Below are positions 1 to 10,028 of a DNA stretch of 64,000 nucleotides, piece after piece. Each line of letters begins with the position of its first letter. Within the stretch, counting starts at the first letter, position 1. The translations under genes were made by a program, and so were the position numbers. Location of the stretch: assembly GCA_014239365.1 (NCBI GenBank), contig JAAZZB010000044.1, positions 133,320 to 197,319 on the forward strand, in the 5' to 3' direction. This DNA is from Verrucomicrobiia bacterium (GTDB taxonomy: Bacteria; Verrucomicrobiota; Verrucomicrobiia; Limisphaerales; UBA1100). The notes under the pieces were generated by a model. The model worked only from the letters and a program-made list of their open reading frames with translations. It had not been told where the DNA came from and ran no database searches.

Positions 1-1
1 C

Positions 2-169
2 CGCTTCGAGCCCAGCTGTTCCGCGTATGCAATGGAAGCGGTGAACACCCACGGCGCATTGCGCGGCAGTTGGCTCACCTTGCGCCGCCTTGGCCGGTGC
101 CATCCGTGGGGCGGTTGCGGGCATGACCCCGTGCCACAAGTGCAAGTGCAGTTAAAAGCAAAGATTTAA
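2..169 (+). CDS. yidD: Membrane protein insertion efficiency factor YidD (5' end cut by window edge)
   Basis: Frame 2 reads [45 protein letters not shown], the conserved YidD core. TAA at 167-169 lies 3 nt before the yidC ATG. Confidence 0.85.
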   Translation, partial: RFEPSCSAYAMEAVNTHGALRGSWLTLRRLGRCHPWGGCGHDPVPQVQVQLKAKI

Positions 170-172
170 TCA

Positions 173-2059
173 ATGGATCGTACCGGAAAAATCATTCTCG
201 TTGTTTCAGTGTTGGCGATGCTTTTTGGCATGCCCTTGGCCATGCGGCTGGGGTTGATCAAGATGAGCCCGCCGGTGGCGGACGACAACGCCACGGGCAC
301 AAACCAAGTTACGCAAGCGGGCACCAACGTGTTGGGCACCAATCAAGTGCCGGTCACGGTGACCAATGCGCCGGTGGTGGCCCCGACCAATTCGCCCACG
401 GTTTCGACCAACACGCCGGTGGCGACCAATCAGCCCGCCCCGCCGGTGGTGGAGATTCCGGCCGTGGAAGAATCGACGCTCACACTTTCCAGCGGCAAAG
501 CAACGTTCACCTTCACCTCGCTGGGCGGCGGCGTGAAACAGGTGGATTTGTTGAGCTATCCAAAAGAGATCGGCGAGGACGCTGCAGCGGCTCCGGTGGC
601 GCTCAAGAATGCCGGGAAACTGCTGCCCTTGCTGGCGTTGCAACCAAACATCGGCACGGCGGAACATCAGCCGAGTTCGCCGCGCCCTTATCAAACGAAC
701 GCGATTCCGCATGAGTTGGAACAGGTGGATGACCGCACCGTGCGCGCTACGGCAACTATTCCCGGGGGCATGCAGGTGGTCAAAACATTCCGCCTCAAGG
801 AAGATTATCAGTTGGAAGCCGAGGTGGTGCTGCGCAATGCCTCCGGCGCTTTCATGAAGGAGAGTGGGTTTTATTTGGTCTCCGGTTCCGTGGCGGAGCC
901 GGAAAGCACTTCGCGCATGATGGGGATGAATTATGGCCTCATGTGGTTTGATGGTGAGGAAGCCGTTTCGGTGGGCCCCGGTTGGTTCCAAAATTATCGC
1001 ATGGGTTGCATGTGTTTTGGCAGCAAAGGCGAGCGCAATAATTACACCCACGGCCAAGGCAACGTGAAATGGGCGGGCGCATACAGCCGGTTCTTTGCGC
1101 AGGTGACGATGCCGGAAAAACCGGGCCAAATGCTCGTGGCGCATCAGCTGCTTGTCCCCACGCAGGAGAAGCCCAATCGCAAAGCATTCGAGACGGCTAT
1201 TGCGTGGAACGTCGAGTCGCTCGATGTCGGTGAATCGGTGACCAATCGCTTCACTCTGTATTCCGGCCCGCGGGAATTCAAGCGGTTGGAGGCGATCGGC
1301 AACACGCACGGCAATCAGCTCGAAGGCATTATGGATTTCGGCGGGTGGTTCGGCTGGGTGGCCAAAGGGCTGCTGCTGTTGATGACTTGGTTCAACGGCA
1401 TTGGCCTTTCCTACGCGCTGTCCATCATCGCCATCACCATCCTCATCAAGCTCGTCTTCTGGCCCCTCACTGCGCGCAGCACGCGGTCCATGAAAAAAAT
1501 GGCCGCCGTCAACGCCAAGATGATGCCGGAAATCAAAGTCATCCGCGAACGCTACAAAGATGACTACCAGAAGATGAACATGAAGATGATGGAGATTTAC
1601 AAAAAGTATGGCGTAAATCCCCTCAGCCAAATGGGCGGCTGTTTGCCGATGCTCATCCAAATCCCAATTTTCTTTGGCTTCTTCACCATGCTGCGCACGG
1701 CCATCGAGCTGCGCGGTGCGGAATTCCTTTGGGTGGCCGACCTTTCCTCGCCAGATACGGTGATGGAAATCGCCGGCTTCCCAATCAACATCATGCCGCT
1801 CCTCATGACCGCCACGATGTTTTTGCAAATGCGGCTACAACCGCCTTCCCCCGGCATGGACCCGGCCCAACAGGCCATCATGAAATACATGCCGCTGATG
1901 TTTGTGTTTATCCTTTACTCCGCCTCCGCCGGCCTGTGCCTCTACTGGACCGTACAAAACGTACTGACCATCGTGCAGACCAAGATGACCAAGATACCGG
2001 AGGATGAAAACGTGGTGGAAGTCATCCAACCCACGAAAAACAAAAAACAAAAAACCTAA
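173..2059 (+). CDS. yidC: Membrane protein insertase YidC (long periplasmic domain type)
   Basis: 628 aa with an N-terminal TM helix and a large periplasmic domain. The C-terminal Oxa1/YidC core reads MKKMAAVNAKMMPEIKVIRERYKDDYQKMNMKMMEIYKKYGVNPLSQMGGCLPMLIQIPIFFGFF. yidD-yidC-jag synteny supports the call. Confidence 0.95.
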   Translation: MDRTGKIILVVSVLAMLFGMPLAMRLGLIKMSPPVADDNATGTNQVTQAGTNVLGTNQVPVTVTNAPVVAPTNSPTVSTNTPVATNQPAPPVVEIPAVEESTLTLSSGKATFTFTSLGGGVKQVDLLSYPKEIGEDAAAAPVALKNAGKLLPLLALQPNIGTAEHQPSSPRPYQTNAIPHELEQVDDRTVRATATIPGGMQVVKTFRLKEDYQLEAEVVLRNASGAFMKESGFYLVSGSVAEPESTSRMMGMNYGLMWFDGEEAVSVGPGWFQNYRMGCMCFGSKGERNNYTHGQGNVKWAGAYSRFFAQVTMPEKPGQMLVAHQLLVPTQEKPNRKAFETAIAWNVESLDVGESVTNRFTLYSGPREFKRLEAIGNTHGNQLEGIMDFGGWFGWVAKGLLLLMTWFNGIGLSYALSIIAITILIKLVFWPLTARSTRSMKKMAAVNAKMMPEIKVIRERYKDDYQKMNMKMMEIYKKYGVNPLSQMGGCLPMLIQIPIFFGFFTMLRTAIELRGAEFLWVADLSSPDTVMEIAGFPINIMPLLMTATMFLQMRLQPPSPGMDPAQQAIMKYMPLMFVFILYSASAGLCLYWTVQNVLTIVQTKMTKIPEDENVVEVIQPTKNKKQKT

Positions 2060-2061
2060 TT

Positions 2062-2520
2062 ATGACCATGTCAACCATCCCCAAAAGCATTCTCGAAAAC
2101 CTCCTCAACCGCCTTGGCTTTGAGGCCACCGTGGAAGAAACCCCCATGGACAGCGGCAGCCTCCTCAACGTGAACACCGAGGACGACCCCGGCCGCCTCA
2201 TCGGCCGCCAAGGCCGCACCCTTAGCGACCTGCAATACCTCACCAACCGCCTGCTCATTGTGCAGGATAAAGAGGCCCCGAAGGTCACCGTGGACGTCGG
2301 CAACTACCGCACCGAAAACCGCGAGAGTCTAGTCAAGCAAGCCAACGATGCCGCCGACAAAGCGCGTCGTTGGGGCGAGGTGGTGGAGATGGATCCGATG
2401 ACTGCGTTCGACCGCCGCACCGTGCACCAAACCCTCGCCGAAGCGAATGACATTACCACCGAATCCATCGAAGTGGACGGCACCGCCAACAAAGTGATTT
2501 TGGTGCGACCGAAAAAGTAG
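2062..2520 (+). CDS. jag: Jag/KhpB-like RNA-binding protein (KH + R3H domains)
   Basis: Starts 3 nt after yidC. GRLIGRQGRTLSDLQYL is KH-like. The C-terminal FDRRTVHQTLAE...VILVRPKK is R3H-like. This is the classical yidC-jag pairing. Confidence 0.8.
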   Translation: MTMSTIPKSILENLLNRLGFEATVEETPMDSGSLLNVNTEDDPGRLIGRQGRTLSDLQYLTNRLLIVQDKEAPKVTVDVGNYRTENRESLVKQANDAADKARRWGEVVEMDPMTAFDRRTVHQTLAEANDITTESIEVDGTANKVILVRPKK

Positions 2521-2555
2521 TGAGCGGTAAATAGTAAGTAGTGTGAAAATTTCAA

Positions 2556-2582
2556 CCCCGGCCAATGGCCGGGGTTTTTTGG
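2556..2582 (+). terminator. Rho-independent terminator after jag
   Basis: CCCCGGCC-AAT-GGCCGGGG hairpin (2556-2574) followed by a T8 run (2575-2582). Confidence 0.7.
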
Positions 2583-2630
2583 TAGGGACACGCTACGCGT
2601 GTCCACGGACGCGCACAGCGCGTCCCTACC
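2581..2630. repeat. GGTAGGG...CCCTACC double-hairpin element (family D, copy 1)
   Basis: GGTAGG-[GGACACGC TACG CGTGTCC]-AC-[GGACGCGC ACAG CGCGTCC]-CTACC. Two local hairpins are enclosed by a 9-bp outer stem, GGTAGGGAC/GTCCCTACC. The architecture matches 33755-33808. Confidence 0.6.
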
Positions 2631-2645
2631 GAGCTCCCTCTGGTT

Positions 2646-2888
2646 ATGACACAACTGGCACGGCGATTGCTATGTATACGTGCAATGATTGTCACAGACC
2701 CCAATCAGGCTAAAATCGGTGAATTTGAGCAGAAATCGCAAAAGTTACTGCTCGATGTGGCCATGGAAGCCTCGAATCACGAGTTGCAGCAAATAGTCGC
2801 CAAAGGGCGGAAACCCGCAAATCTGTCCGGCTACTACCACAGCCTGCAAACATGGCGCTCGCCCGTGCTGCATAAAGTGGACGCCTAA
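2646..2888 (+). CDS. Hypothetical small protein (80 aa), doubtful
   Basis: Only an ORF with locally lower G+C and no recognisable motif. It lies in an otherwise non-coding block. Confidence 0.2.
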   Translation: MTQLARRLLCIRAMIVTDPNQAKIGEFEQKSQKLLLDVAMEASNHELQQIVAKGRKPANLSGYYHSLQTWRSPVLHKVDA

Positions 2889-2909
2889 TCACCCCTTCTT
2901 CCCCGCACG

Positions 2910-3035
2910 ATGGGACGTTCGCCCAGCCAAATGGGACGTTTAACCCGTGAGATGGGACGTTCAACCGGACGGATGGGACGTTTATCCGGACGGATGGGAC
3001 GCTTATCCGGACGGATGGGACGGTGTGCATTTCGC
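2910..3035. repeat. Six phased 21-bp repeats with ATGGGACG core (iteron-like array)
   Basis: ATGGGACG(T/C/G)T starts at 2910, 2931, 2952, 2973, 2994 and 3015, an exact 21-bp period. Units 3-5 are near-identical over the full 21 bp (ATGGGACGyTyAwCCGGACGG). No reading frame stays open across the whole array. Confidence 0.85.
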
Positions 3036-3046
3036 TCGTGACAGAG

Positions 3047-3084
3047 TGCACCCCTCTTATGACGTCCATCACGAGAGGGGTGCA
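3047..3084. other. Perfect 11-bp-stem hairpin next to the 21-bp array
   Basis: TGCACCCCTCT (3047-3057), a 16-nt loop, then AGAGGGGTGCA (3074-3084). Confidence 0.6.
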
Positions 3085-3282
3085 GTGAAGCATAACCAGC
3101 CAAAAACGGTGTTTTTTTCGGAAAATGTCGGTTTTTGGGTTTTGCCTTGGGTTGGGTCTTCGGATGTCGCAGGATAAGCATTCCACAGGGGAAGTGAATG
3201 ATTTTCAATCCATCGCTTCGGCGGTGGGCGTCGTCGTCGTCATCGTCGCCTTATCTAAGGCGGAGGGGGCGGCGGCGGCGAA

Positions 3283-4215
3283 TTACTTTTTCTCCAACCT
3301 TTTCTTTAACCTTTTCTTTAACAACTCCACCCGGAAAAAATTGGCCATACTGCCGTAAGGATCCTTCGTCCCGCTCGCGGGTTGTTTGGCGATGACGAGC
3401 ACGTTGATGATGCCGAGCTTGTCCATCGATTTTTTTAACTGAACTCCAAAGTGCGCGCTGTGGATGAGGCCGCCGGGATGTCGGGGGCCGGTGATGGGGG
3501 CGAGCGCGTGGGTGTGCTGAATGTACGCGGGCGGATCGTCGCGGGTGAGGTGCGGGATGGCGCAGGCTTCCTCGATGCGTTTGCGGATGGCGGGTTGGTT
3601 CAGCTCGGCAAGCGTGCGTGCGCCGTAATCCTTCAACGTGTAATTGCGAAACCACTCGGCCTTGACGCCTTTGAGGTGGGCCTCGATCCAGCGTGGGTCC
3701 GACGAGCACGGGCCGTTGATGGGCGCCACGCAGGCGAGCCGCGAGGATTGGCGGCGGACGGGATCGGTGTGGTTCGGCTCGGCGAGGTCTTGATGAAACG
3801 CCAGCCACAAACTGGCCGCGCCCCCGGCCGAGCCACCAAATGCCCCAAAGCGATGGGGATCAATGTTCCATTCTTTGCTTTTGGATTTCAGGAATTGCAC
3901 GGCGCGCGCGCAATCAAACAACGGCGCGGGCAACGGCGATGGGGTTTGCTTCCCCACCACAAACCGATAGTTAATCCCCGCCACGTGAATCCCCGCCGCG
4001 TGCATTTGGCCGATGATCGGATTGCGCCGCACTTGGCTTTTATCGCCCGAGGCATAACCGCCCCCGTGAATAAACACCACCACCGGCGCAGGATGCGAAA
4101 CTTGGGCCGGATAAAAATCCAGCAAGTTACGCGCGTGCGATCCATAACGCACATCCAGCCGCGGCGCGGCATCAAGCGAAAGGCTAAGCAACAAAAGTGT
4201 AGCAATAATGTTCAC
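3283..4215 (-). CDS. Secreted alpha/beta-hydrolase (esterase/lipase-like)
   Basis: GTG start and signal peptide NIIATLLLLSLSLDAA. Oxyanion-type motif VVVFIHGGGYASGDK and nucleophile elbow FGGSAGG. The Lys-rich tail KKRLKKRLEKK is encoded by AT-rich 12-mer repeats. Confidence 0.75.
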   Translation of the reverse strand: MNIIATLLLLSLSLDAAPRLDVRYGSHARNLLDFYPAQVSHPAPVVVFIHGGGYASGDKSQVRRNPIIGQMHAAGIHVAGINYRFVVGKQTPSPLPAPLFDCARAVQFLKSKSKEWNIDPHRFGAFGGSAGGAASLWLAFHQDLAEPNHTDPVRRQSSRLACVAPINGPCSSDPRWIEAHLKGVKAEWFRNYTLKDYGARTLAELNQPAIRKRIEEACAIPHLTRDDPPAYIQHTHALAPITGPRHPGGLIHSAHFGVQLKKSMDKLGIINVLVIAKQPASGTKDPYGSMANFFRVELLKKRLKKRLEKK

Positions 4216-4351
4216 GCAGAAATGTTAGCGAACAAAACCCGGAATGTCGATGGACCGACTGGTTGACGAAAGCTTCGCCTCCCACACGCGCCCTGTGAAC
4301 ACCTTCGGTTTGCCATCACGGCGCGCGCGCCCTATGCTACGCACCGCTTTT

Positions 4352-5143
4352 ATGGCGGATTACAAAGTCAAATTCGAGGTGTTCGAGGGGCCGATGGATC
4401 TCCTTCTTTATTTGGTAAAGAAGGAGGAGGTGGATATCTATGAGGTGAACTTGACGAAAATCGCGCGCGAGTTCATTGAGTATGTGGACTTGATGCGCGA
4501 GTTTGACATCGAGATTGCCGGCGAATTTCTCGTGATGGCCAGCACGTTGGTTTACATTAAGAGCAAAGAACTGCTGCCGGTGGATCAACAAGTGGCCGCG
4601 GAGGACGACGATGAAGGCGAAGATCCGCGCTGGGAACTCATCCGCAAACTGGTTGAGTACAAAAAATTCAAAGACGCCGCCGACAAACTCGAATCGCTCG
4701 AGCACCGGCAGGAGGACGTCTACCCGCGCCTGCCCGCGAAACAGGAATTTGAGATGCCCGAGGACCGCGGCCCGCGCGTGGAGGTGAGCATATTCGACCT
4801 CATCAACGCGGTGAACGATGTCATCAAACGCGTCGAGGAGCGCAACGCCGATAGCGGCGAAATTTTCGACGAACAATTTACCGTGGCGGAAAAAATCACC
4901 GCCATCCGCGAACGCACCCTCGCGGGGTCATCGTTCAACTTCGTCGAGCTATTCGCCGAAGCCGCCAGCCGCAATGAAGTGGTGGCGACATTTTTGGCGA
5001 TGCTGGAATTAATCCGGTTGCGACAAATAAAAATTACCCAAGGCGATGCCTTCGGCGAAATATTGATCACCGAAGGCGAGGGGGATGACGGCTTGGAAAC
5101 CGCACCGCCATTGACCGAAACCCCCGAACCCATTTCCGATTGA
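4352..5143 (+). CDS. scpA: Segregation and condensation protein A
   Basis: MADYKVKFEVFEGPMDLLLYLVKKEEVDIYEVNLTKIAREFIEYV is the kleisin ScpA N-terminus. The ORF is open from 4244, with alternative ATGs at 4244 and 4334. scpB follows. Confidence 0.9.
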   Translation: MADYKVKFEVFEGPMDLLLYLVKKEEVDIYEVNLTKIAREFIEYVDLMREFDIEIAGEFLVMASTLVYIKSKELLPVDQQVAAEDDDEGEDPRWELIRKLVEYKKFKDAADKLESLEHRQEDVYPRLPAKQEFEMPEDRGPRVEVSIFDLINAVNDVIKRVEERNADSGEIFDEQFTVAEKITAIRERTLAGSSFNFVELFAEAASRNEVVATFLAMLELIRLRQIKITQGDAFGEILITEGEGDDGLETAPPLTETPEPISD

Positions 5144-5156
5144 TTTCTGAATAACG

Positions 5157-5966
5157 ATGGAACTTAAGGACACACTCGAGGCAATTTTATTTTCCTCGCA
5201 AAAACCGCTCAGCGCCAAGGAGCTGCAGGACATCCTTCGCCAAGCCGGCGAGGAAGCCGACGGCAAAGAACACGCCGCCGCGAAGGCCAAAGGCATCACT
5301 GCCGCGCTGGAAATTTTAGCCGGCGAAGTCGAAGGCCTCGGTCGCAGCTACCGCCTCGTGTGCGTGGCCGGCGCGTGGCAGTTCATCACCCAACCGGAAC
5401 ACGCGCCGTGGGTGCGCGCGCTCGTCGGCGTGAAGAATCGCCCCACGCGTCTTTCCAAACCGGCGCTGGAAACGCTCGCCATCATCGCCTATCGCCAGCC
5501 GCTCACGCGCGCGCAGATGGAAGAGATTCGCGGCGTATCGGTCGATGGCGTCATCGGCACGCTCACCGATCGCGAGCTCGTGGAGGTCACCGGGCGCGCC
5601 GATGCGCCCGGACGCCCGCAGACTTACGGCACCACGCAATTGTTCCTCGAATACTTCGGCCTGCGCGGGCTTGAGGAACTCCCCGATGCCGAGGAACTGC
5701 GCCAAGTACCCATCACCAAACCCGAGGCCCCCGTGACCACCGGCGATGACGACGATGCGCCTGAACAAATGAGCCTCGAAGAAGTCACCGCCGCCAAAGA
5801 CAACGACGCCGGCGAACTCGCCACTGAAGCCGCCGAGGTTGAAGAAGATTACGACGAAGATGAATTCGAGGACGACGGCGATGACGGCGACGACGGCGAT
5901 GACGGCGACGACGGCGATGATGAAGAAGACGACGAAGTGGTCGAGGAGGCTTCGCAATCCAAATGA
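5157..5966 (+). CDS. scpB: Segregation and condensation protein B with long acidic tail
   Basis: [21 protein letters not shown] plus [26 protein letters not shown] winged-helix motifs. The C-terminal [22 protein letters not shown] is encoded by GGCGATGACGGCGACGAC repeats. Confidence 0.9.
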   Translation: MELKDTLEAILFSSQKPLSAKELQDILRQAGEEADGKEHAAAKAKGITAALEILAGEVEGLGRSYRLVCVAGAWQFITQPEHAPWVRALVGVKNRPTRLSKPALETLAIIAYRQPLTRAQMEEIRGVSVDGVIGTLTDRELVEVTGRADAPGRPQTYGTTQLFLEYFGLRGLEELPDAEELRQVPITKPEAPVTTGDDDDAPEQMSLEEVTAAKDNDAGELATEAAEVEEDYDEDEFEDDGDDGDDGDDGDDGDDEEDDEVVEEASQSK

Positions 5967-7024
5967 GCATCCAAAAACATCGTGCGGCGATTGACAAGCT
6001 CGACGCCCAAATCGTGAAGCTGCTCAACCGCCGCACCAAACACGTGCTCGGCATCGGCAAAGCCAAACTCGCCGGCAGCAAATCCACGTATCAGCCCGAC
6101 CGCGAGCAAGCCCTCCTGCGCCGCATCCGCAAACTCAACGACGGCCCCATCAGCGACGAATCGCTTGGCCACATTTATCGCGAAGTGATGAGCAGCTCCA
6201 TCGCGCTGCAAAAAACATTCAAGATCGCCTTCCTCGGCCCCGAAGCCACCTACACCCACCAAGCCGCCGTGCGCCGCTTTGGCACCAGCCTCGGCTATTC
6301 CCCGCAGAAAACCATCGCCGAAGTCTTTGCCGAGGTGGAAAAAAACCGCGCCGAATACGGCGTCGTGCCCGTCGAAAACACCACCGAAGGCGTCGTTACC
6401 CACACGCTCGATATGTTCGTCGACAGCCCGTTGAAAATCGTCGCGCAAATCATCATGCCCATCGAGCATTGCCTCATCGGCAAAGGCGCGCTCGCGGACA
6501 TCAAAAAACTTTACTCCCATCCGCAAGCCTACGCGCAGTGCCGCAATTGGGTGCGCGAGACCATGCCGCGCGTGGAGTTCATTGGCAGCAGCTCCACCAC
6601 CGCCGCAGCCGCGCTGGCCGCCAAGAGCAAAACGGCCGCTGCAATTTCCAGCTCACTCGCCGCCGAGAAATATCAGCTCAACATCATCGAAGCCGGCGTG
6701 CAGGATCACAGCGGCAACGCCACGCGCTTCCTCGTGCTCGGCGGCGAATGCGCTGCATCCTCGGCCAACGATCGCACCAGTTTGATGTTCAGCGTAAACG
6801 ACAAAGTCGGCGCGCTGCATAACGCGCTGCAACCCTTCCGCACGCACCGCCTGAATATGACCAAAATCGAATCGCGCCCCAGCAAACGCAAGGCGTGGGA
6901 ATACATTTTCTTCGTCGACGTCGACGGCCATTTCGAAGATCCCAAAGTCGCCAAAGCCATCGCCAAGCTCAGCGAAACCTGCAGCTTCGTAAAAATCCTC
7001 GGTTCGTATCCCAACTCGGGGTAA
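5963..7024 (+). CDS. pheA: Bifunctional chorismate mutase / prephenate dehydratase (P-protein)
   Basis: The N-terminal CM helix reads [23 protein letters not shown] domain follows, then an ACT domain ([35 protein letters not shown]). ATGA overlap with the scpB stop. Confidence 0.9.
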   Translation: MSIQKHRAAIDKLDAQIVKLLNRRTKHVLGIGKAKLAGSKSTYQPDREQALLRRIRKLNDGPISDESLGHIYREVMSSSIALQKTFKIAFLGPEATYTHQAAVRRFGTSLGYSPQKTIAEVFAEVEKNRAEYGVVPVENTTEGVVTHTLDMFVDSPLKIVAQIIMPIEHCLIGKGALADIKKLYSHPQAYAQCRNWVRETMPRVEFIGSSSTTAAAALAAKSKTAAAISSSLAAEKYQLNIIEAGVQDHSGNATRFLVLGGECAASSANDRTSLMFSVNDKVGALHNALQPFRTHRLNMTKIESRPSKRKAWEYIFFVDVDGHFEDPKVAKAIAKLSETCSFVKILGSYPNSG

Positions 7025-7083
7025 TCATTTTCGAACCGCCGAACCGCCATGGCGCAAAGACGCCAAGTTTATTTTGGCGCTTT

Positions 7084-7209
7084 TCTCCCTCACCCTGACC
7101 CTCTCCCCAATGAGAGGGAATGCCACCCCGCGTTGAGGTTTGGCCAAACTATTTTGGTGACCGCTCATACTCCCTCTCCCAGCGGGAGAGGGTTGGGGTG
7201 AGGGAGAGG
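7084..7209. repeat. Composite CT/GA-rich palindromic element (family E)
   Basis: TCTCCCTCACCC (7084-7095) pairs with GGGTGAGGGAGA (~7196-7207). Nested local hairpins are CCCTCTCCCC-AATG-AGAGGG and CCCTCTCCC-AGC-GGGAGAGGG. Confidence 0.6.
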
Positions 7210-7347
7210 CGAACTCACTCCAAAACCCATACGAACCCCCAATTCAATCTACAAAACTTTCCGTCTTTGCACCTCGGCGCTTCAAAAAATCAGGCAATGC
7301 AAAACTTGCCCCTCCCGCCTTACCTCTGGCATTCTCCGCCCGTGGCA

Positions 7348-7578
7348 ATGAAAACCAAAACCCCACTCGCGCTTGCAAAACAAGTGCTCGATATCGAGCT
7401 CGCCGGCCTCAAAGCCGTGCGGGCGCAGCTCGATGCGCAGTTCACGCTCGCGGTGGAAACCCTCGCCGAGGCCCTTTCACATCGCAACAAACTCGTCGTC
7501 GTGGGCATTGGCAATGCCCAACGCAAACCCGTCGGCCTCATCGATTCCCAGGATTTGCCTAAGTTGAAGTTGGCATAA
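7348..7578 (+). pseudogene. kdsD: Remnant of arabinose-5-phosphate isomerase (KdsD/KpsF) with large internal deletion
   Basis: The 76-aa ORF opens with AKQVLDIELAGLKAVRAQLDAQFTLAVETLAEALSHRNKLVVVGIGNA, a SIS-domain N-terminus ending inside the GxGKSG loop. This is fused directly to RKPVGLIDSQDLPKLKLA, a CBS-domain C-terminal end. About 250 residues of a normal KdsD are missing. Confidence 0.5.
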
Positions 7579-7590
7579 ATTGAAGGCTCT

Positions 7591-8286
7591 TTACCGCGGG
7601 CGAAGAGTCACCGCTTTGAGATTCATCACTGCGCCGCCGATTTTTTTGGTGCACTTGACGGTGATGATTTGCGCGCCACCTTTGGGGATTTTTATTTGGC
7701 CGACTGAAAGCGTTGTGTAGCGGTACCAACTTCCGGTGGTTTTCAGTGTGACCGCAAGTTCGGTTTCCCCAATTGCGATCATTGCGTTCGTGCCGCTCGG
7801 GCCTGCCGCTGAATAGGTGAGCTCCACGTCGTAGCTCCCCGCGCGCGGGAGGTCGGATTTCCATTGAACAAAGTCGGCGGCGTTCACCCAAAAGCCGATT
7901 CGATGATTGCCCGGATGCGTTTCGAGTTTGGCTTTGGTGCCGTGCACTTCGGCGTCCAACGCGGAAAACACAATTCGCCCATCGGGATGGCGCGTGGATT
8001 TCTCCGCTAACTCGAGCACCACCGCGCGCTTTGCCGGAGCGTTTTTTTGAACGTGCAATTTCACCACCGAAGCGTCGCGATTGAATTCCACCGTCAACGG
8101 TTTACGCGCGGCATCATTTGCAAAATAAGCGGCGGTGATGTTGCCGATGCCTTTGGGTTTGATCAGCCGCCCGTTGGTTGGCCAATTCTTTGGCGTCCAA
8201 ATAATTTTGCCGGCGGTGGAGCGGTCGAGTTCATCGGCCATCGCCGGAAGGGTCAAAGCGAGGAGGGCGAGAATTGTTTTGAGCAT
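7591..8286 (-). CDS. Secreted protein with CBM6/35-like (galactose-binding-like) C-terminal domain
   Basis: Signal peptide MLKTILALLALTLPAMA. The C-terminal beta-sandwich-like segment reads GFWVNAADFVQWKSDLPRAGSYDVELTYSAAG...SWYRYTTLSVGQIKIPKGGAQIITV. The family assignment is tentative. Confidence 0.45.
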   Translation of the reverse strand: MLKTILALLALTLPAMADELDRSTAGKIIWTPKNWPTNGRLIKPKGIGNITAAYFANDAARKPLTVEFNRDASVVKLHVQKNAPAKRAVVLELAEKSTRHPDGRIVFSALDAEVHGTKAKLETHPGNHRIGFWVNAADFVQWKSDLPRAGSYDVELTYSAAGPSGTNAMIAIGETELAVTLKTTGSWYRYTTLSVGQIKIPKGGAQIITVKCTKKIGGAVMNLKAVTLRPR

Positions 8287-8325
8287 TTTTATTGTGTTCA
8301 GTTGTTGTACGCCCTTGTGTCAATG

Positions 8326-8389
8326 CGGACTCGCAAGCTCGTCCCTCCATTTTGATTGGCGGCCTTGGAGGGACGAGCTCGCGAGTCCG
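8326..8389. repeat. 24-bp-stem palindromic element, family A copy 1
   Basis: CGGACTCGCAAGCTCGTCCCTCCA (8326-8349), 16-nt loop, TGGAGGGACGAGCTCGCGAGTCCG (8366-8389). Lies between a sulfatase stop (8412) and the next minus-strand gene start (8286). Confidence 0.9.
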
Positions 8390-8411
8390 TTTATTTTTCA
8401 AACCAACCAAC

Positions 8412-9956
<1,545 letters not shown>

Positions 9957-10028
9957 TTTTTTGGAGCCGGAATATGCGTCCATAAACAAGGGGGTTCAAT
10001 TTTAAATAACAGGGATTCTGCAGGTGGT

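Noticed and set aside
206-1828. 540-aa ORF antisense to yidC. Similar long antisense ORFs lie at 22906-24567, 19692-20831, 54553-55530, 56423-57793, 59876-61462, 46694-47935 and 31404-32426.
   Set aside because: They are Arg/Gly/His-rich, low-complexity shadow ORFs typical of high-G+C DNA. Each fully overlaps a gene with strong family motifs on the other strand.
2982-3011. TTATCCGGA motifs in the 21-bp array read as DnaA boxes (oriC call).
   Set aside because: They have two mismatches to TTATCCACA at the critical CACA positions. No canonical box was found anywhere in 2521-3300, and dnaA is not in the window. The idea is kept only as a weak possibility inside the iteron finding.
2710-3186. 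158-aa minus-strand ORF and 76-aa plus-strand ORF containing heptad repeats (VPSVRIN / GWDVYPD) across the 21-bp array.
   Set aside because: The repeat period of 21 bp automatically yields heptapeptide repeats in any open frame. The ORFs have no start context, overlap each other, and have no motif outside the repeat.
7120-7347. N-terminal half of the 152-aa ORF upstream of the kdsD remnant.
   Set aside because: It is generated by reading through the CT/GA-rich palindromic element (SLSQRERVGVRER). It has no coding signature.
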